A stretch of 63,281 nucleotides of DNA, the filler included, from Sluysia triapertura (lineage: Eukaryota): the NCBI GenBank assembly GCA_046118255.1. It is 5 parts of 5 records of this genome, joined end to end, with 100 filler letters (N's around TTAATTAATTAA, not from the genome) between each part and the next. Parts side by side here need not be neighbours in the genome. Positions count along the whole stretch, not along the records: positions 21,957 to 37,383 come from JBJNIA010228679.1; positions 37,484 to 50,735 come from JBJNIA010050006.1; 3 more parts are not named here. The stretch is one strand, 5' to 3'. A model generated the notes under the pieces. The model was given only the letters and a program-made list of their open reading frames with translations. It ran no database searches and was not told where the DNA came from. Made by a program: the position numbers and the translations under genes. The stretch's first letter is position 1, and each line of letters begins with the position of its first letter. Below are positions 25,601 to 37,653 of this stretch, piece by piece.

Positions 25601-28600
25601 TAATAAAATTTTCTATAAAGTTATTGCTGTTATTAAATTAAATAGTTTCAAATATAAAATTTATATTTTGGAAAGATCGCCCTAGTTAGATTTTAATTCT
25701 AACTTCGTAAACTATCTATTAACGATCAAAGTAAAATACCTATAAATATTGATTTAATTATTTTAATCATTTTTTAATTTATATACCTCCAGACCCTCTA
25801 AAGAAAATTGAAAAAAAATAATAACATTAAGCAAAGAAGACTTTAGTCAAAGTTATACTCTAGGCGATCCTTTCTATCTTTTATCTACAAATTCAACGGC
25901 TGGCCCTAACTGCTAAGCCCAGTACGTTGGTGAACTCATGTTAAAACTTTTGCTTTATTCTATAAGTTTTACTTTAAATATTTTCCACATTTTTAAATTA
26001 AGTTGACAAATTGCGCTATTAATATAATAACAATATAATACTGATTTAAACTTTTAATTAGATGATACCACAAATCCCATTATCTTTAGATAATTAAAAT
26101 GATAAAAAAAAGTTGAACATAGACAGAAATTACTGTCTAAATTCAATCAGTTAAATTGGTAGGTTTATTACCGTCTAAAAGAGAATATAGAGCTTTAATT
26201 TTCGTCTTGTTAAATTTCTAATTTTTTATTTCCCAAGTAATCACAAAACTGCTATGTAAGTAATTACATTTTTGCAAAAAAATTGGACAAGGGTTAGCAA
26301 CAAAAGAAGCTAAAACTTTTTAGCTGTTTGGACGCTGCTTCAATTCATCAGTGGACGACGGTGAAATTGAAGCTGTTTCTTTAGAAATCAGCTAAAATAA
26401 AACATTTTTTATAAAAATAGGAACAAGGATTATTAACGCGTTTGGTATTATTACATTTTGTATTAATATGAGCCGAAAAATTTATCTCAGATTAGTTGAT
26501 AAGATTTATAATTTAAGGACGATTTTTTATCGAAAAATAATTTGTATTGTTGTAATCTTGTGATAATATTGGAGAATATAGCGAGATTTTTGAATTTATT
26601 TAGTTATTGAGGTTTAAACTGATAATTTAAAAATAAAAGTATTAAGAAGATTGGAAAGTTTACAATACTTGAGTGTGATTAACGGAGTCGAGTTATATTA
26701 TTAGAGGATTACATTGATTATTCTGAATGAATATTTTTTGGGTCATTACAATTTTGGTTAATTGTATAGTTTTTACATTACTAGTTCTCTATAACGTTTA
26801 TTATTATTTTACTATTATTTGGTTTGTAATATTTGTTCTTAGTCATATTTATTTTCGATATTTAACTTTTATTATTGATAATTATTGAGTTAATTTATAT
26901 TTAATATGATAACTGATAAGTTGAGTTAACTGTGCTATAGAAAAATTGGAATTAAGAATTTTATTGGTTTTCCTATTTTTGAATTTAAAGTTAAATAAGC
27001 AACAAATAGAGCAAATATAGCAAGAAGATAATTTAATCACTTTGCTGCAGAGTTTTTTCACAAAATTTACTTGATAAATAACACGTTTTTATTTCTATGT
27101 TAACTTTTATTTCACCGACGTCCGCCATGTCCAATTTTCGTGTCACATATTCAAATATTTTTCTGTTAATAACTTCTAAATAAAATACAACCGTAAAAAA
27201 TGAGATCACATTTATTTTAATGAATTTTATATAAACAATGTTTTTCTATAATAAAAATATATGTCAAATTAATCCTCAATTCAAATAGGTTATTGAAATT
27301 GAGATCCAACGTATTATATTAAAAATAATTACAGAAAAAATTTTAATTTATTTTCTGTTTAATTGAAATTGATATATTATTCAAACGGTAAGCATTACTA
27401 GGACATCATGTTAAATTTTGATATGATAAAGAGATTGTTTGGCAAGAATCTGTTATCTTTGGGTAATTACCGGAAGTGATAAATTGGTGGTCGACAGAAA
27501 TTATTGCTGAAATTTGATTATTACAGATTCAAAAGTATAAGTAATTACGTCTAATTTCCTGAGTAATTATTTAACTTCTGTATAAGCGATCGCAGAGTAA
27601 ACTGTGGAAGAAAACCTTATCTTGCTCTATGGAAGCTGCTGCAACGTTGTAGTTGCAAATGGAGCTGTAAGTTTGGAAAGTGATTAACTTCATAATATTT
27701 ACTTTTTGTAGTTAGTTAAGCCAAGCTTTGAGTATTATACTTAATATATTTGTATTATTGTTAAAGAATAACTATTTGTAATAATTTTTATTTGATTTTT
27801 GATCATTAAAAATATATCGAGATTTCTAACAAATTTAATTTTATTATTGAGTTTTTGTTACCAATTTAAACTAAAGGCACAACAAAAAGTGTAGAGAAAA
27901 CCTTCCAGAAGTTTTTGAAAATATGTTAGTGCATTTGTTAACTAAACCAGTTAGAAATTATTTCGACTTAATAACTTTATATAAGATGATTGTATGTGAG
28001 ATAAATAACACATGAACTTAAGTATAATGTTGAAATGTTGCGAAACATGTCATCGTAGATAACGGAAAAATTATTTATTTTAATTAATTTTCTATGATGT
28101 AAAGTTAAATTTATGTATGTTGTAACGTTATTGCATAATATATTAAATCAGTGCTCATTACGATACCAATTTATGCATGTTATTGAAATCAATGTGTAAC
28201 CCGATGTTGATGTTTAAAAGTTGTTACTGAATGATTTTAATTGATTTTGTTTAATATTAATTAATGTATCATGCTAAATTTTCATTTCATTGTATTGAAT
28301 TAGATAAAGAGGATTGTTTGCAACAAACTTTATTATATTTTGGTAATTGATGGGACAAAATTGGACGGAAATTTGATTATTAAATAAGTACGTTTATTTT
28401 CCAATCCCAATCTCAGCAATTTTTTAACTGCTCCAACGCTTTAGTGGTAAACATCATAATTGAAGCTTTAACTTCAGCAATATTTTTTGTATTATTGTGT
28501 TTAGTTAATCCATGTTTTGTTATAATTATATGGGTACTAACATTTTTTAAGATATTTTAATAGTTGATAGTGTAACAAAATTTATTTGTATGATTACCAA

Positions 28601-29566
28601 AGTATAGTTGATTGTAATAATTTGTATTCATTTTGTGGATATCAAAATTTTGATTAATTTAATTTTGTTCAGTTACGATTGTTAGTATAAATTAAAGGCA
28701 ACATTTTAATTGGTTTTAATTTTTTATCATTGACATTTTGACTTGCGAAGTTTTGAATTTGAAAGTTATTAGTTAAAAGGAATAAATTATTAAAATAGAC
28801 CAAAACATACAAATTAAATCGAGTCATTTTAATTATCATACTTAAGACTAAATGTAAAACCATTTCTGTGATAATAGAAAATTTCAAAAAGTTGTGTAAC
28901 TCAACTAAAACAGAACCAAAGAATGTGAGCAAGCAATGATGTAAATAACAAATTAAATAATGTGACAAATACAGCCCCTGAAGTTAAAAAATATATACAA
29001 ACACGAATAATATCACCAAAAATAACAAATCACGAAATATATTGTATACTTTCGTGATATTAGAATACACTTAAACTGAATGTGACAGCACATTCTGAGA
29101 CATTATCTTTTCTCAGAAAGGTAACCTTTCAGCAACGTATTCATGAAATATCTGTCCTTTTTAAAAGGTTATTTTCCAACAAATAAATCAAATAACTACA
29201 TATGATTTTGTTAAAATTTCGTGAAATAACTTAAATGCTTTAAAATTTAAAGTTTTTCGGAGTTACCCACTTAAACTGTGATGAACTAGAAATCGAAAAT
29301 TCTAAAAAAACTATAATGCATTTATATTTGTTAATATATATAAATAAGAGAATACGATTATTTTCTGTAATCTACAAGTTGTTACAATTTTAAATGTTCC
29401 TCTTTCGACATCAATGCTCACAATCACTTTACTTATTAATTTGCATACAAAAATTATTTTCAACTGCCTCTAAGCCACATAACTGCGTAATATTTAATTA
29501 TATTTAAAATTAATATTTATATTAAATTAAAATTTTGTATTAATAAAGAGAAATCCAATACATTTG

Positions 29567-30043
29567 TTAAAAATTAATATCCATGTCAAAATATCTTTTC
29601 CATAAACTTTTTAAGTAAACTCTCATGTTTGTTTTCTCCATACAAGCTAATACTCTTTCCTTATCATTGATTTGTTTGTTAATTTGTAATTCTTGATTGT
29701 GACTACCAGGTAATATAAATACAAAAATTTTAAAAAAAGAAGGTAGACTCAACATCAATTTTACCATAATTGATAATCCAATGTTAGCTGCCGTACTGCA
29801 TGTTGGAATTGTGGGTTTAAAGTAAATAATACATTTTCGTTCTTCTTCGGAACATTCTATATTTTCTAAAGAAACTATTTTCAATTGTTCCAATGTTAAA
29901 TCATATTCAGGATCAAGAATATCACGAACATGGTCAAAAACTTCTTCAGAATCAATCGGTTCTATTACAGAATCAATAAAATCAGTTGATTTATATTTTG
30001 ATTTTCTTTGAACTTCATAAATAATTGGATTTGTATTTTCCAT
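29567..30043 (-). CDS. CIAO2B: Cytosolic iron-sulfur assembly component 2B (CIA2B/FAM96B/MIP18 family), intronless, 158 aa
   Basis: ATG-to-TAA ORF with family motifs ENTNPIIY (cf. FAM96B ENANPLIY), I.DPE..LTLEQL, PTIPTCSTAANIGLSIMVKL (reactive Cys), PGSH, INKQINDKERV. Confidence 0.92.
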   Translation of the reverse strand: MENTNPIIYEVQRKSKYKSTDFIDSVIEPIDSEEVFDHVRDILDPEYDLTLEQLKIVSLENIECSEEERKCIIYFKPTIPTCSTAANIGLSIMVKLMLSLPSFFKIFVFILPGSHNQELQINKQINDKERVLACMEKTNMRVYLKSLWKRYFDMDINF

Positions 30044-30551
30044 ATAGTATTATAAACAAATTATATAAAATTAAAATATATATAAAACTTACAAATAAAA
30101 TAAAATTAAGTAATTAACAACAAGTATTGTAAATATTTTAAAAAGATATATTTAATATAATATTAATTAAAAACATTTATTTAATTTTAACATATTAAGC
30201 GAACAAAAAATAAAAAGCAGTAAATAATTTTATCAAAAAACATTAAGTATCTGAATATAATGCACAAAATTATTGAACAGTATATTTTATAGTGGATTTT
30301 AAAAATTCTCTGCTGTAAGAACTAGTAATGGAATACGAACTTTTTAAAATTATTTTTAAAATGGTTAGATAATATTATCAATTCTAGCATTAAATATATT
30401 ACTTTATTGTAACTAAATTTAAAGTTTTAACATTTTTTCAAATTTTTAGTAAACTATATTTTTAATGTACATTTTATGATAGTCATAAGCAGACTAATTT
30501 TAATAATTATAATTTATTTTTGACTAATTTTATTTTATTGCTCATTTTTAA

Positions 30552-30781
30552 CCCTTTCAATACTACGGGGATATATAAGACCCAGAAATGTTCAGAAATT
30601 ACTGATGCGAAAAGTATTCGCTTTTAAACTGCTGCAGGGATATGTGTTCCAAGGCATTTTTTCAAAAACCATATTTTCTAAAATTCTGAAATTATGTAAA
30701 CCTGTTCCTTTACTTATTTACAGCACATTTAGTTCAATTATATAGAAATATTTTCACTGGCCAAAAGTCGTATTGAAAGGG
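30552..30781. mobile_element. piggyBac-type MITE, 230 bp
   Basis: TTAA|CCCTTTCAATAC ... GTATTGAAAGGG|TTAA: perfect 12-bp TIRs and TTAA TSD (30548-30551, 30782-30785). Confidence 0.9.
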
Positions 30782-30799
30782 TTAATAAGCAATTTACCC

Positions 30800-31290
30800 A
30801 AGATAGTTGACTTTATGATATTCAAATTCATGAAATGACTTGGAAACATATAGAAATATAAAATGAAGAAATAACTGATACCAAGGATGGGTTGGACATT
30901 AAAGCGGCGTTGAAATAAGAATCATAAAAACTAAAACATTTATAATAATGTTACAGCTATAGATTACCTTGGCATTCCAAAGATCTATATAAGACCTTGT
31001 GGAAGCTTGAAATAAACTTGGAAAAGCTTTGAAGATATTAGAGCACCTTTGAGATTGTTAGTCTTGAGATCAGCTAAGACCTTATTAACCTTTAAGTATT
31101 CTTGATAAGTATCTAAGATCTTCGAGTAATATTATAAAATCTTCTAAATGTTTGAGAAATAAAATCTTTGTTAAAAATAATAAAAATAAGTTTAATATGA
31201 TAATAATAGAAATAGAAAAAGGAATCAGAAAGGGATAAAGGTGAAAATATCTGGAACCTCCTGAATGCTTATTAATTAGTAAATGTTCCA
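30800..31290 (-). repeat. Dispersed repeat family A, inverted copy
   Basis: Reverse complement shares ATTACTCGAAGATCTTAGAT, TCAAGCTTCCACAA and ATGATTCTTATTTCAAC with the copies at about 34.8-35.0 kb and 59.6 kb. Confidence 0.7.
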
Positions 31291-34200
31291 AGGTATATTA
31301 TTACAATTGCTAAGAAAGAAAACTAAATACGAAAAACTTATATATATATTTGCTAGATTTTTCCTTACTTTCTTAACCTAAAAATTATAATTCTAAAAAC
31401 GGGTTCGTCTGCGGTATACGGTTTGTAACGTAAAGTATACGTATCCACAGAAAATAACTACGAAAGAAGTTTCCTTACTTTTGCGAATAAAAATAATAAT
31501 AAAAAAAATAACTGAGTCTTTTCCAATATTAATTTTTTAAATTTATTCCTTATTTAATTCTTCTTCTTGATTAAATAATCAGCTAATATGTAGCTACTAC
31601 ATTATAATTAATTATAAATATTTCTTTTGAAAATCGTTTAAACTTTTACTTTATTTTATATTTTTTATCGTAACGACTAACTAATTAACAATGAATGAAT
31701 TTATTAAATAATTAAGGCTTTTTACAACAAAAATAAGACAAATATAATAGTAATAATAAATTAAACAAAAGAAATAACTTCTATTTGTTAATTACAAAAT
31801 TTGGTTAAGATTTTAAGCCAGGCTTAATACTTGGGTTGCAAAGGTTAAATGATTTTAGGTACAGATTTTAAAGCTGAATTTATCAAAACTTATCTTAACA
31901 AATATTATCGTACTGAATTTTGATGACCACAATTTCCAAATAATCAATGTAATATTGTCCTCCAAATTCGAAAGTCGATCCAAATAAATTGTATCACTAA
32001 ATTGTCCAAAACTGTTTATCTTTATACCAACGATATATTTATTTCAAATATCCAAAATAACTGCCTTTTAAATATTTAGAAAACTTCTCCGTCGATAATA
32101 TTGTTGCGTCTTTAAATATTATTTATTATGATAACTCAATATTAAATTGATTAGCTTAAAGGAATCTTAATAGTTTAAGTAGTAAGTATAATTTTTGAAG
32201 TAATCTTCTTACTTAATATTAATAACTATTATTCCAAAAATTAAGCTATTAAAAATCAAATCAAAACTAAGACACTAATGTACTATTAAACAAAAATCAA
32301 AATAGAATTTATTATTATTAATAATACTAAAAGTAACTAAAATGACAAAAATAACAATAGTGTTTATAATGATATCAAAGATACTACAATCTAACTAAGA
32401 TAAAAGACCAGGAGTGACGCAACAAATATAAATATCCAGAAATTGAAAAATATTATTGATGGATAAATTTAATATTTTAACAACAAACTGTAAAGGGAGT
32501 TTACAACCAGATGATATTAAAATTATCTTTCCTCTTATTTTAATTTTAAAATAATAAAATAATGCTAGGTGTTTTTCTTAATTTAAAAAAACCTAACCTA
32601 CAGAAAAATAATTAATTATTATGAGTCCGCTTACAATATACGACTTAGTAATGGCGTACCCGTAAAATTACATGAAAACAATTATCAAAATTAATAGTAC
32701 AAAAATATGCTTTGCCTTAACTTGACAATAATGGACAAAAAACTAATTAAGACCAACGCTAGCTTAGTATTTGAATTAAAATTAAGTGAATAAAAATAGT
32801 ATAAGAACGTACTCTTTCCTATATTTCTAAATTCTAATATAACGACCGTAAAATGTAATAAAAAATAATATCAAAATCGAAGTAACTTTTATTTCTAAAA
32901 AATATGTATTAAGTAAGAGTTATTTCGTAAATTAAAAATAGCTATAGACTTAGTTTAAATTTCACGATTACATGACAAAAATTGAAAATCACTCTAATAT
33001 TTTTTTTATTATACAAAATAGGACAAAATAATGATAATTTAACAAAATGAATACTAATAATTATTAATAACACCAAATAACACTAAAATTGTAATATAGA
33101 TAATATTTAAATTGTAATAAGGATCTAGCCAAAAGACTCTGTCCTGTGATACTGATTTTATAATTGACCTTAAGGGCCAACTAAAGATTCGAGATTGTAG
33201 ATTTTAGTTTGATTTTGTGATTGGTATTAATAACCAACCGTGAAAAATAGTATTTTAAGTATATTTTATAACTCTACGTGAAGTTAACGACTTATATAAA
33301 CCAAACTTGCGAATTTTAATTAATCAAAATCTTCGAGAATATTGATCAAAATCGATCTGCCAAATATATTTATTGCTGCTGTAGATGTGTTACCCCTCTA
33401 ATCGAAGAAGCGGGGATCACACAATAATTGTGAGAAGAAATTAATAATGTATTTGTTGAGACTGGATGATACCACGAATTCACTTGTTGATAAAATGGAG
33501 TGCTGATTTCCTTGTTGTCTCTTTCTTTATTTGATAATGGCGTCGAATTAATTAATGATGACGATCTTATTTGTTTATAATTTAATTGTAGTAACTGTGA
33601 ATTGTGACTTCTATTTTCTTTGTTTGTCTTTATGCAGTCATAAAGACATATTTAAATTTTTTGATGTAATTAAACAAAATTGTTTCTAGATGTTTATTTT
33701 GTAATGTTTTTTAATTTATAATAATAATTCTAATTTTAATATAATTAAACTAATAATTTTTTAAATGATATAAATTTTAATAATCTTTTATAATTTTTAC
33801 AATTTTTTACATAACACATAGAATTAAAAAATTTTTATACCTTTACAATAATAAAATAACAAATAAACAAGAACATTACCCTAAACATGGATCGTCACTG
33901 AATAATTGCATATTTGTGTCATTGTTATTGTGTTGTAAAAATTTAGATATTTTTATTTTATACTTTCTCATCATCCAATCAATTTCGAGTTTCACAACCA
34001 AACACTCTCTCACACAAATCATCCTAATCTCTTTGAGAATCAAACCGACAATAACAACTCTAACAATCACATAGTACCATTTTTCAAACTTCATTAAGTA
34101 CAAAACATAAAAATCAACCACATTTTCCTTTTACTCTACTCAATCTATTTTTACTTAAATTATTTTTCATATTAAAATAACAATCACAATACTATTAACA

Positions 34201-34479
34201 TACATAAAAATAATGAATTTAATTTCACTTTCTATTATTTAATTAATTTCTTTTTTTCACACCAAATTTTTTAATGAAAAATGTTTTAAGGCTCCCGTTC
34301 TCAAACGAACCATTTCGACTTCACTCATAGATTCTCCTCTTTCATAGCAATCATCACATATTCCATTCATCACATTTGCATCACTCTATGTGCAAAAAAT
34401 TCAATATTTCATAATTAAAAATTAATTAAAATTTGACTTTTCTCAATATTAAGGCTTTCTTTGCATGAACTCGATCAAA

Positions 34480-35140
34480 CAATACCTTCATCAAAAGGTT
34501 TTTTAAACAAATTTAACATAGCATTCTGCATTCAAAAGTTATTCACAAAAATGTACTTCTTCTTAATTAAGTTAATTAAGATTTTTAATTAATTAATCTA
34601 TTTTTAGACTTAATCTTATTCTATGTTTAAAGGTTTTATTGAGGTTCTAAAGTTTTTAGTAGTTTATAAGGCATTCAGGAGGCTCTAGATGTTTTCACCT
34701 TCACCTCTCTGTTTCCTTTTTCTACTTCTTCATGTTAATTATTACTATAATGAACTTATCTTTAATATTTTAATTCTGAAATATTTTAAAGATTTTATAT
34801 ACTTTATAATATTACTCGAAGATCTTAGATGATTATCAAGGTTTCAAGGTCTTAATGATATAAAGGTTCTAAAGTTCAAAAGGTACCTTAATGCTTCTAA
34901 AGGTTTTTCAAGTCCATCTCAAGCTTTCGTAAGATCTCAAGCCCCTATTAGGTGTTTGGAACTTTAAGATATTTTTTAACTGTTAAGATTATTATAACTG
35001 TTTTTTCTTTCATGATTCTTATTTCAACAATGTTCATAATGTTCAATCCGTCACTTGTATCAATTTTCCCATCATTTTATGATTTTATATATTTTCATTC
35101 ATCTCCTAATCCAAAGTTGGGCAATCCCAACAATAACTAG
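34480..35140 (+). repeat. Dispersed repeat family A, copy adjacent to the Polinton-like relic
   Basis: Long near-identical blocks with 59128-59760, e.g. GCATTCAAAAGTTATTCACAAAAA...TTTTAGACTTAATCTTATTCTATGTTTAAAGGTTTTATTGAGGTTCTAAAG and AGGTTTTTCAAGTCCATCTCAAGCTT. Confidence 0.85.
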
Positions 35141-35149
35141 TTTATCAGA

Positions 35150-36240
35150 TCAATCATTAACAAAGGCCAAAACTTTAAACATATATATTTCATCAAAATA
35201 ATGCATCAATGCTTCAAATATTATTTTAAAATTAACTTTATCTTCAGTATGATTTGACATGGTCAAGGTATTACATTTCGACTGTGCTGGAATATCATTT
35301 TTAATTGTGACGTCAACAGGTTGAGAATCATAAAACATAATTCTATACTTACTATTAACATCATTATAACATGTTGCTGGGTGAATTCGAATTCTTTTGA
35401 ACATCTTTTTATTCTATATTTCCTTTTATTATTTAATTGTGGTAGTAATATTCGCAAAGCTCTTTCGATCTCTTCATCTAATTCATTACGCATCTTTGGT
35501 AATGATATTGTATTGTGATGTTGAAAAGATTGAGATGGCCTAATGGTGGAGGGCGTTAAATACTTATTAGTATTATAAAGAGAATATGTTATTATTTTAG
35601 AATGGAAGTACATAGATAAAGAGTTTAATATATGTCGTAATGAAACGAGATGTAAGAATTTTGTAATTTGTTTATTATCCATTCGTCTAGAATTTTTATT
35701 GAAATTAAGTATCAGGGTTGTGCCTATATTTCGATCATCAGTATCATTAATAATATTAAACCTGAGAACATAAGACTCTTTATTTAACTTAAAAGATTTT
35801 ATATAAAGATTATTTACACATCTAATTTTAAATTTTAAATCGTAATCATTTATCAGTAAGATTTTTACTAGAACAAATCGAATTAAGTAAAAAACATTAA
35901 AATGTATTATATACAGTTGAATTTTATTTATGATAACGATTTCTTCACATTTTCTGCATTTGACTGTAGCGTGCCGTGAGATCCGAATTGTTGTAATCTT
36001 GTCTAAAGAATAATTATGTAAATAACTAAAATTATAGTTTAAAGAGTTCTTTATCAAATTATTATTAAAAGTCTTACAGGTCTCGGAAAGATCAGAATCG
36101 TCGAGAATTGTAAATATCGTTGAAGAGGTGACAAGTAGAATGGTCCACGTGAGGTTTAGTTTCTTTGCTTCGATATGTTTGATGTCTGATTGAACGAAAT
36201 TTCTTAAATTGCGTCGTAGGAAATCGTTAATTTTATGAAC
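35150..36240 (-). pseudogene. Orphan, probably frameshifted ORF(s) of unknown, possibly virus-like, origin
   Basis: Open frame of more than 300 codons in very AT-rich DNA (it extends upstream of the TTG at 36057), overlapped by a second frame at 35150-35404. No recognisable motif. Lies between the pPolB relic and repeat family A. Confidence 0.35.
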
Positions 36241-36309
36241 TTTATAACATCATGACTCTTATAAACATTTACTTGCTTCAATTTTGATTCATCAACATCA
36301 AAAAGTTGA

Positions 36310-36668
36310 TGTGGTTGACTGCTGATTTAGGTGTAGTTGACTTATGTTTCTGAGGTAATTGTTAGCATTGTTTAGATGTTACTATGTTTATGATTTATGA
36401 AGTTTGATGACTTGTTTGATGAAATATTTAGTGAGTAAATGTTATGAATTGTTTGAATTGGATGTAGAAGTTTATTAAGTTGGAAATTGTTGAGATATAG
36501 ATTGATTTGTTGGTGAATATAAGTTAATGAGGTATTGTGATTGTGGAATATTGTTTGTGGTGATGTGGTTGTAAAGTAAAGATATAACTGTTGAGAAAAT
36601 GATATTTTAATGAGATTAGGTTTACAATTGTTGGATTTAAATTTAAGTTATTGATGTTGACCACTTCA
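36310..36668 (-). mobile_element. Solo LTR (about 340-360 bp)
   Basis: Minus strand TGAAGTGGTCAAC...AGTCAAC(T/C)ACA, ending at 36332 or 36310. Homologous to the LTR pieces at 21957-22092 and 10798-10986. Candidate 4-bp TSD ttga/atga for the 36310 end. Confidence 0.72.
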
Positions 36669-36689
36669 ATGAACTTTGTTGTGCACAAA

Positions 36690-37040
36690 TTTTTTCTCAA
36701 TTTATTCACCCAATGCATATTTTAATGTGTGATGAATGTCGTATTCACGTAAATTATGAAGTAATACTACAGGTGAAGTGGGATGAATTTTTCTACAAGA
36801 TACACTAAAATGATCATGATCTTTACTAAACCAATAACATGATTTTGCATTATTAAATTGAAATTGATCTTGGTAATAAGGCATGACTATATTTTGAACA
36901 AGTTCTTCTATCTTATTTAAAACTTACAGCACATTTATCACCAGCAAAACTATAGTTTCCGTTTTTGACCCTACTACTAATAATTGTTCGTGTCTTTGTT
37001 GATATTTTACTGATTTACTGTGATCAGTATTTCACATTTA
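36690..37040 (-). mobile_element. Polinton/Maverick-type protein-primed DNA polymerase B N-terminal relic
   Basis: KYQQRHE...FAGDKCA...FNNAKSCY...KDHDHF...PVVLLHNLREYDIHH follows the motif order YQKHxP...GxDxx...FxxAxxCxxC...RDHDHxTG...PVxFHNLxGYDxH typical of the endonuclease-VII-like plus exonuclease region of these polymerases; internally deleted. Confidence 0.6.
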
Positions 37041-37128
37041 TTATCAATTGGCTTAGTGTACAAAGTATCTACTTCATATTTTTAATACATAACTTAATAA
37101 GATTATTAAATGAGACGTCTCTTCTGCA

Positions 37129-37383
37129 TCCGGTAATTTGATATTTTCTGGTAACTGGTTGTGTATTTTTGAAACATAAAACGGTATACAATCTATTATC
37201 TAGCTCTTATTATCACTGCGGATTCTGTATAGACTATAATTATTATGTCTCAATAAAGTATATTCATCTTGGTTTCCAAATTTTTTATTATTTCAAACAG
37301 ATATTTAGGACTTCCGTAATGTAAGCATTTGTAAATTATTGTCATGATTTTGAATTCTATTCTTGCTTTTATTGGCAACCAAT
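37129..37383 (-). mobile_element. L2/CR1-group LINE 3' fragment (same family as 11087-11815)
   Basis: WLPIKARIEFKIMTIIYKCLHYGSPKYL; nucleotide match to about 11468-11705. Confidence 0.88.
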
Positions 37384-37484
37384 NNNNNNNNNNNNNNNNN
37401 NNNNNNNNNNNNNNNNNNNNNNNNNNNTTAATTAATTAANNNNNNNNNNNNNNNNNNNNNNNNNNNNNNNNNNNNNNNNNNNNG

Positions 37485-37574
37485 GGCTCGTGGGATCCCG
37501 AGAATGACAAGCTTCTCAAGGCACTTGGCTTCCACAAGACCGAAATCAAGACCCTGGTACTACAAGGTCCCTGA
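37485..37574 (+). mobile_element. C-terminal fragment of an RLE-type (NeSL/Utopia-like) non-LTR retrotransposon
   Basis: GC-rich 29 codons GSWDPENDKLLKALGFHK..., matching the (V)GALG(S/A)WDPxNxxxLxxxG motif after the restriction-like endonuclease; abuts an assembly gap. Confidence 0.55.
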
Positions 37575-37653
37575 ATAGAAAAAAGATTACTTTCCTTCTC
37601 TAAAAAAAGAGAAAGAAGAGAATAAAACTATTATATTAATACATGTTTTTTAA

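Noticed and set aside
26300-26360. Hammerhead ribozyme on the minus strand (CTGATGA core)
   Set aside because: No stem II, CAAAC instead of GAAAC, and no properly placed GTC cleavage triplet.
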